A DNA stretch of 43,400 nt from Hydrurus foetidus (taxonomy: Eukaryota): assembly GCA_900617105.1 (NCBI GenBank), contig UYFQ01000518.1:62001-105400 (forward strand). The letters are read 5' to 3'. Every line of letters begins with the position of its first letter. Position 1 is the stretch's first letter. Below the pieces are notes generated by a model, which searched no databases, had not been told where the DNA came from, and was given only the letters and a program-made list of their open reading frames with translations. The position numbers were made by a program, and so were the translations under genes. Shown in pieces: positions 36,605-43,400 of this stretch.

Positions 36605-36854
36605 ATGGGCATCAAGGATCTGATCAGCTTGATCATTCCGGATGAACTGGAGGTGAAATCATCTTTCGAAGTGTTGAAAAACAAAACCATAGGGGTAGAT
36701 GTCTCCAATTACATGTTCAAGTTGGTGACATCGAGGGACATTCTGGTCCGAGATTTTCATGCTGATCCTCGTGTCGATATTTCAGCTCACATCACCAAAT
36801 TCTGGGACTCCTTTAAGAAGCTGTGTGACGGATTCGCTATCAAACTCATATTAG
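36605..36854 (+). pseudogene. N-terminal (XPG_N/PIN-like) part of a FEN1/EXO1/XPG-family nuclease, truncated by LTR retrotransposon insertion
   Basis: MGIKDL...LKNKTIGVDVSNYMFK...IKLILV matches the XPG-N pattern (MGI..L, iaVD.S.y.y, ..VFDG). The sequence breaks exactly where FDG is expected and TGTGATAG... begins. Confidence 0.8.
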
Positions 36855-37608
36855 TGTGATAGTACCGGGTCCAGGGTCCCGATCCTACCGGGTACTACTA
36901 CTGTACACTACAGTTAGGCTGTCGTATCGTCGTAGCCATCTACAGCGTCCCCTTAGAAGTTAACTAGCTTCTAGCCTAGACACCTGTAACTAAGCCTACC
37001 TCCTCTCGCCCCCTTTCTACATTTGCCCGACCACAATAGATCTATTATCCTCGGGAAATTTTCTGCTGCCTCTAATTCCCCTCTACTCGTCCCAACTTTA
37101 GTTACGACTTCCACCACCTGGGTATTATTACTCACGACATCTGCGGAGTCGAATTCTTGCTGAGCTACGCTCCAAGAACTTAGTTTTAAGTAAGCGAAAG
37201 TTGGGCTTAGCCTCTTTCCTCTTGGAACCCATTATTGGTGTCTCCAAAGTTCGTAGTTGGTTGAATTCGCGAAAGCCTTCACCACTCGACATTCTCAAAC
37301 TCGTCGGGTTGCAATTTGAACATTGGATTCATTGCTACCGACACCAAATTAGTCTAACGACTTCTTTTGGCTGGTGGGAATTACTTCCTTCATCCTTTAC
37401 GGACACCAAAATTTTCACCACTCAAAAATTGGCTTTCACGCCTAAGAGATTTTCTCAACAAGAGTTGGTTGAAATCAACTTATTCGCTGTTACTTGCGTA
37501 AAGTACCCTCAAAGCTAACAAGGCGAAGCTCTGGCAAAATTTTTTGACGCCGAGATCCCTTCGTTGCTTAGACTTTGACGGAATTATAACGTCTCGAAGT
37601 CATATACC

Positions 37609-39060
37609 ATGGCCGATGACGAAGAAGCATCTTACCCTCGCTACGACGATGAGGGTAACCTCATCGAACATCCTCCAGGTGTTGACACTGAGGAAGAGGA
37701 AGTGCTAGAAGAGGACGGGGGTATTTTAAATGCCACCCAAACCTCACAGTCTTCGGTGGCACAGACTATACTGTTTCCACAGACTATGCAGATGCAGCGA
37801 GAGATATTCGTCCTAAAAGGCGATTACATCACTCCGCAAGACGCTGAGAGCTTCTTTGAGCAAGCTCAGCGGCTGCCTCGCTTACGCATTAATGAATGCA
37901 TGCAACGTCAAGCGATTGACTTGCTTCACGTCAAGATTATGACAGACTCCGCTCCTTCGTCTCTGACAATAGAACAGAGGTTCGAATGGCAGAATATACT
38001 TGACATTGATTATGTTGCGAAACTAATCATGCAGTATTTTGGCTCGAATAAACAACGAGACCATGCCGATCATACCCTCGCGGAACTTTTCGCTAAGGTA
38101 CCATTTCATTACTCATTAAATTCCGATGAGGAAGAGTTGAGCACGTACATGGCGTACAAAGAATTGGTAACCAATTACGAGCGCACCCGCCGTATCACTC
38201 CCAACCAACAGTCGGAGTTGATATCGATTTTGGAGAAACGACTTGCTCGTGGCAGTCGTATCCAATCAGACTACTTTGAGTCTAAGAGGGTCGACACACA
38301 GTCACCTCCTACATGGGAGTCCGCCATGATGCGCCTCATCTCTGTCGTCTCCGCGGCGCGCGAGGCTATTCGAATGAGCAGGAGCTACGGCAATCCTGAT
38401 CTCATCTACTCGTTTCCGAGTACCGCAGTACCCCCTCTACGTGCATCACAGAAGAGGGAGAGTACACTCGCGATTCGCGATGTGGATCCACCGAGCGGCA
38501 AAAGCACCCTAGCGGTTCGTACTTCATTGGATGTACCCCCAGTGGCTCCTCGAGTCTGCCGCTCGTGTGGCAATCCTGCACACATGCTTCCTGCATGCCC
38601 TGTGTTATATTACACTGACACAAACAACGATCACTCCATTCAATGGTCTGAATCAGCTGTGGGGCAGGCATGGTTAGCCAACGGTGAATCCATGTGGCAG
38701 GAAAGGTTAATCCTTCCTGGTTACGAAAACCGTCAGCGGCACCACCCCGCTGGTTCCCCTCCTTTCTTGATGTTCACTAACAAGAAATCAAAGAATAACC
38801 ATGGGTCGGGTAACCAAAACAACCCCAACCAAGGCAACCAAGGTAATAACCGCGGTAACCAAGGTAATAACCAGGGTAACCAAAACAACCAGGGTAATCC
38901 CGGTTACCAAGGTAATAACCGCGGTAACCAAAATCAAGGTTATGGTAACCAGAATGCTGGTAGAGGCTACCAAGGGAAAAACCCCGTGGGGGTAAATACA
39001 ACCCACCCCAGGGGGGACCCAACTCGTCTTCCGATTCAGCGGGACAAAATCAAGGTATAA
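37609..39060 (+). CDS. gag: Retrotransposon Gag
   Basis: 483-aa ORF upstream of pol with a CCHC knuckle (CRSCGNPAHMLPAC) followed by a Gly/Asn/Gln-rich tract. Confidence 0.85.
   Translation: MADDEEASYPRYDDEGNLIEHPPGVDTEEEEVLEEDGGILNATQTSQSSVAQTILFPQTMQMQREIFVLKGDYITPQDAESFFEQAQRLPRLRINECMQRQAIDLLHVKIMTDSAPSSLTIEQRFEWQNILDIDYVAKLIMQYFGSNKQRDHADHTLAELFAKVPFHYSLNSDEEELSTYMAYKELVTNYERTRRITPNQQSELISILEKRLARGSRIQSDYFESKRVDTQSPPTWESAMMRLISVVSAAREAIRMSRSYGNPDLIYSFPSTAVPPLRASQKRESTLAIRDVDPPSGKSTLAVRTSLDVPPVAPRVCRSCGNPAHMLPACPVLYYTDTNNDHSIQWSESAVGQAWLANGESMWQERLILPGYENRQRHHPAGSPPFLMFTNKKSKNNHGSGNQNNPNQGNQGNNRGNQGNNQGNQNNQGNPGYQGNNRGNQNQGYGNQNAGRGYQGKNPVGVNTTHPRGDPTRLPIQRDKIKV
38809..38975 (+). repeat. 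Degenerate GGTAACCAA/AACCAAGGT (NQG) coding repeat
   Basis: GNQNNPNQGNQGNNRGNQGNNQGNQ... in the Gag C-terminus. Confidence 0.85.
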
Positions 39061-39107
39061 ATGATTATGATGTTGATTCATCTGACATTTTAAACCTACC
39101 GGATGTT

Positions 39108-42100
39108 GTGTCGTGCATTTCACATGTCGATACACTTCCAACGCTTATTCAAGATGAATATTTGCATGACCCGTCTACCCTTCCTTCTAATTACTTAAAC
39201 GTTACTGTTTCGGTACAGGATAAGGATACGGAGAACCAGACTAGCGTACGACGCATTGTGGGCAAGGCCGTGTTGGACACCGCCAATTATTCAGAGGATT
39301 TTATTTCTTTTATAATGATTCAAAAACTAAATGCTATGCATCTCTGTTATGAGGCTCCTAAAGCCATAACTGTTTGCTCTGGTCTTGATGGCCATTGCTA
39401 TATAAATAACGAAATTATTAATTTGACTCTCCAATTTCATTCTTATGATGGCGAATGTCACAAAATCCTTTTAACCTTGCGAGTTAATCGGAATACAGAT
39501 ATTGAACTTTTGTTAAGTCGCAACACTGTAAATAAATATGATTTTATGTCATTAACACCTTTTGCTTTTGGTATCTCTCCTGAGCTCAGTGCGGAGAACA
39601 AAAGGAAAAGGGATATTCGTTGGCGCGAATTTGAAGAAAGGGAAGCAATAACAAAGCTTGACCCACTTCACTGGAGCAAATACACCAGGCGTATGATATC
39701 GGAGGGATTCCAACCCGAAGAACCAGAGGTAGAGTCGATTACCCCAACATATGATTTGTTGAAGGGAATCACACAGACTAAACTCGCTCTGAAAAGAGAA
39801 CCATACGGCCTTTGCCCGAAGCCAAAACCAAAGAAGGCCATTTTGCACGCACCTTTAACCAAGGAAGTCGTGGGGTCAGGTTGTCATGCAACGTTCACGT
39901 GTAGCGTTACCCAGGTTGGTTCCGAGGGAGTCATGACCCAAAGTCCATGTGGTGATGTGGGTTGTGAGCGACTGGCTAGTGTCACGACTAGACTCGCAAA
40001 ACGTACGGGTGATACCCCGCACCTAGGTGGTGACTCGATTCCCACCCTCACACATACCTCTGGGGACTCTGTTACATCAGACTATGACGTGGAAGCCGTA
40101 TGGCCAAGCGGTGTCGCACTCTCCGTTGACGAGATTGACAATGACAAGACTGACACTTTCGCACCTTTCTTGCGTGACAAGACGTGCCGAAATGTACCGC
40201 CCAATGGGCCGGATGATTTTTGTCACAAATTCATTTTGAGGGAGATGAAAGCCTTCAGAAGAATTTGCGTACTCTCTGTTCAGAATTCGCTGATATTTTC
40301 AGTGATAAGCTAGCCCCGCAAGCTGCACATCTCAAACCTTTTGAGATCAATTTGCCTAGGCAAAAATGGGAGGTTCCATCGAACCGCACACCAGTGCGCC
40401 CACAATCCTCTAAAAGGAACATTACCTCCGCACTTCAATTGAAGAGATGCTGGAGGATGGTGTGATCGAGAGGTCGAACGCTGCATACTACAGTCATCCT
40501 GTAATGGTAAATAAGACAGCCGATACGTATCGAACCTGCATCGACTATCGTGCACTCAATGAATGCATTGAGCCGGCCTCCTTTCCCCTACCCAATATCA
40601 AACACCTCTTTGAGAGGATCGGTAATAAAAAACCGGATATTTACGGAGTGATGGATTTAACCGCGGGTTACCACCAAGCACCTCTGTACACACCCCACCG
40701 AATCTATACCGCATTTATATGTTTCATGGGGGTGTTTCAGTTCACGAGATTGCCTTTTGGCCCTTGTCGAGCCCCCTCTTACTTTCAAGAGCAGATGGTG
40801 ACAATGGTCCTTTACGGTCTTATATACCGCTGTTGCGAGATGTATCTCGATGACTGTATCGTATATGGCCGGGGCGAAGCAGAGTTTCTCAAGAATCTGC
40901 GCAGCGTTTTTGAAAGATTTCGCCTTAAAAATCTTAAGCTCAAAGCAAAGAAATGCAGATTCGGTCTCAAACGTATCGAATACGTGGGACGAGTCATAGA
41001 CAAAGATGGTTTATCCATGTCTAAAGAAAAGATTGAGACAGTACTCAACTTCCCTCTTCCTAAAGAAGTAACATCCCTTCGTGGATTTCTTGGCTTAGCC
41101 AACTACTTTCGTCAATTTGTACCGTTTCATTCGGACATTGTCAAACCACTTCAAATGATGGTGGACCCAAAGGCACTTAAACGTTCCCCATATATTGGAC
41201 CCCCGAGGGGACTTTAGCATTTAATGAGACTAAAATCGCGGTATCGCGTTGTCCTTTAATGTACTTCATCAATGATGATTCACCCATCAGATTATATACT
41301 GATGCATCCGATTATGGCATCGGTGGTGTACTCTTCCAAATTGTCGACACCGTGTGGAGACCAATTGCCTTCATCAGCAAATCTCTCTCGGCAACACAAA
41401 TTAATTGGTCGACAATACAGAAAGAAGCTTATGCTATCTTTTTCTGTTGCCAACAACTCGATTATCTCATTCGAGACCGTAAGTTCACTATTCATACGGA
41501 TCATATGAATTTGACTTATATGAAACAAAACCCTACCTCAATGGTAACACGGTGGTTCATTGCAATGCAAGAACTTGATTTTACCGTACACTTTGTCAAA
41601 GGGACAGATAATGAACTTGCCGATGCTCTGTCACGGTTATGTCCAAACCTTACCGAAATTGCTCTGCCTAAGACAATCAGGTCCGAGGGTGATACTCCAC
41701 CATCATCTTCTTCATCGTCATCTTCTGCAGTTTCGGCTTTAACGGTTATTGAACCGCCGACAGATGAACAGAATGTTTAAATTCAAATGTGCCACAATGC
41801 AATTGTTGGTCACCGTACCCTCACTCGACTCTTTAGTCTTAACCACGTGTGGAAAAATATGAAACAGCACGTACGCTCGTTCATACGAAACTGCCCATGC
41901 TGTCAGAAATTGAGCGCAGTTGATACAAAAATCAGCGCTGCTCATTTTTCAACTTCAACGCATGCTATTTTCGATACATTAAATATCGATTATATTGGCC
42001 CATTCCCTGATAAAGGGTATATCCTTGTCATAATCGACACCTTCTCCAGATGGACAGAAATGTTCTGGTGTAAGGATGCTACGGCTCAGTCTGCATGTGA

Positions 42101-43043
42101 ATGCTTACTGACTCATTTTGGTCGATTCGGATCGCCAAATATGATTAGATCCGATCGAGGATCCCACTTCGCTAATGATCTCATTAAAGAGTTCTTAGAC
42201 CTTACGGGGACACCCCATAATCTCACTTTGGCTTATTCCTCACAAGAGAATGCCATTGTAGAAAGGGTCAACAAAGAAGTGAATAGACACTTACGCGGTC
42301 TCGTGTTTGATACACCATCTCTTGAACACTATGCTAAATGCATACCTTTCGTTCAACGTATCATTAACAGTTCAGTTAATCGACGAACAAATGCAAGTCC
42401 TGCTTCGATTTTATTCGGCAATAAACTTGATTTGAATCGGGGTATTTTGACACCTCATCTATTACCAACGTTGACATCTTCGAATTCAACATACATCACA
42501 GATCTCATCGATATACAGGACAAGGTCCTCGATGCAGCAATCGGTTCTCTTCAGAAATGTGATGACAAACACAAAAAGTCCACACAAGGTGTGACAGTGT
42601 TCCCCATAGGGTCATATGTTCTTGTAAAACAGGAACACCCTCCTACTCGATTACACACAAAGTGGAAAGGTCCTTTCCGTGTTGTCTCCCTTGAGGGATC
42701 CGAGTATGTTCTCGCGAACTTAATTACACACAAGCACAATAGTGTACATGTGAAGAATCTTAAGATTTTCAATTATGACCCATCACTGGGCATACCTGCT
42801 GATACAGCACGTCGCGATTACATGGAGTATTTCGTTGAGAAAGTTCTTAGTCACACTGGTGATTCAAAGAAACCGACATCCATGTCGTTCCATGTTAAAT
42901 GGCTCAACTATGATAACTCACATAATACATGGGAGCCTTGGAAAAATCTCCGGCTCTGTGATGCACTCCATGTATACTTGAGGAATAATAACATGTCACG
43001 TTTTATTCCCAAGAATCTTGAGGGATCAACCGATGAGGTTTGA
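39108..43043 (+). pseudogene. pol: pol: aspartic protease, reverse transcriptase, RNase H, integrase, chromodomain (disrupted)
   Basis: PR AVLDTA (~39270). RT 40447-41217 (CIDYRALN, MDLTAGYHQ, RLPFG, YLDD). RNase H 41259-41780 (TDASDYG, KEAYA, TDH, ADALSR). IN 41787-43043 (H..H/CPCC, IDYIGP, SDRG, NAIVER, KWKGPF) and chromodomain (YFVEKVLSH...VKWLNY..NTWEP). Frameshifts near 40220, 40420 and 41190; TAA at 41778-41780. Confidence 0.95.
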
Positions 43044-43400
43044 GTTCGAACGTATTATCTTTTGAAGATTTTTTAGCCTAATTTTTTGCCCTTTTCTAAG
43101 GGATTTTTATGGTTTTTTAGTCAGTAAAAATCTGACATAATTACGTTTTCGACCCTCGTACAACAGTACTCTACTGTTTTTGTACAACCCCACCTTATCT
43201 TTCGACATCGAACCCCAAGTTTTTCCAATTTTTCTTTTGTAAAACTTTTTATGTTCACTTTTATTTTGTCTTAAATTTTCGATTTTGTAAATTTTTGTAT
43301 ATTTTCTTTTTCGAGTAAGTTATATAATAAGTTTTGCAAAGAAACGGGGTTTCGATTTAGTTTAGATTAGCTTAGATATTTTTCGAAAGAAAGAAAGATA

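Larger units (their letters stand above)
36855..43400 (+). mobile_element. Ty3/gypsy chromovirus LTR retrotransposon, decayed; 3' LTR outside window
   Basis: Domain order gag-PR-RT-RH-IN-chromodomain. The TG start at 36855 coincides with the XPG break. The 5' LTR end (~37139?) and PBS were not resolved. Several frameshifts and one in-frame stop. Confidence 0.95.

Noticed and set aside
40220..41820. Programmed recoding at the several pol frame breaks and the TAA at 41778
   Set aside because: The breaks fall inside or between conserved domains and accompany an apparent deletion in the integrase zinc-finger region; decay or homopolymer sequencing error is more likely.

Overview
Intron-rich eukaryotic genomic DNA, most likely from a flagellated stramenopile (inferred from the gene families, not proven). 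The left 27 kb is ordinary gene space: a ~17-exon CHD6-9/Kismet-like chromatin remodeller (- strand), a Ty1/copia gag remnant, adenylyl cyclase-associated protein (CAP), CYB5D1 and a 5-exon Cys-rich SBP-like zinc-finger gene. The right 16 kb is accessory and TE-rich. It holds a frameshifted Crinkler-type gene (SAM-like header + P-loop NTPase + REase) with an intronic hairpin matching its own exon 1, followed by a cluster of MITE/foldback elements. Next is an AT-rich island with a 10-exon Ulp1/C48 protease (pseudo)gene, not apparent from the ORF track, whose 165-bp tandem repeat is a duplicated exon+intron unit, paired head-to-head with an XPG/FEN1-family nuclease. The nuclease is interrupted by a decayed chromodomain-bearing Ty3/gypsy element that runs off the window. 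All gene models were built by hand from splice signals and frame continuity; no database searches were run.
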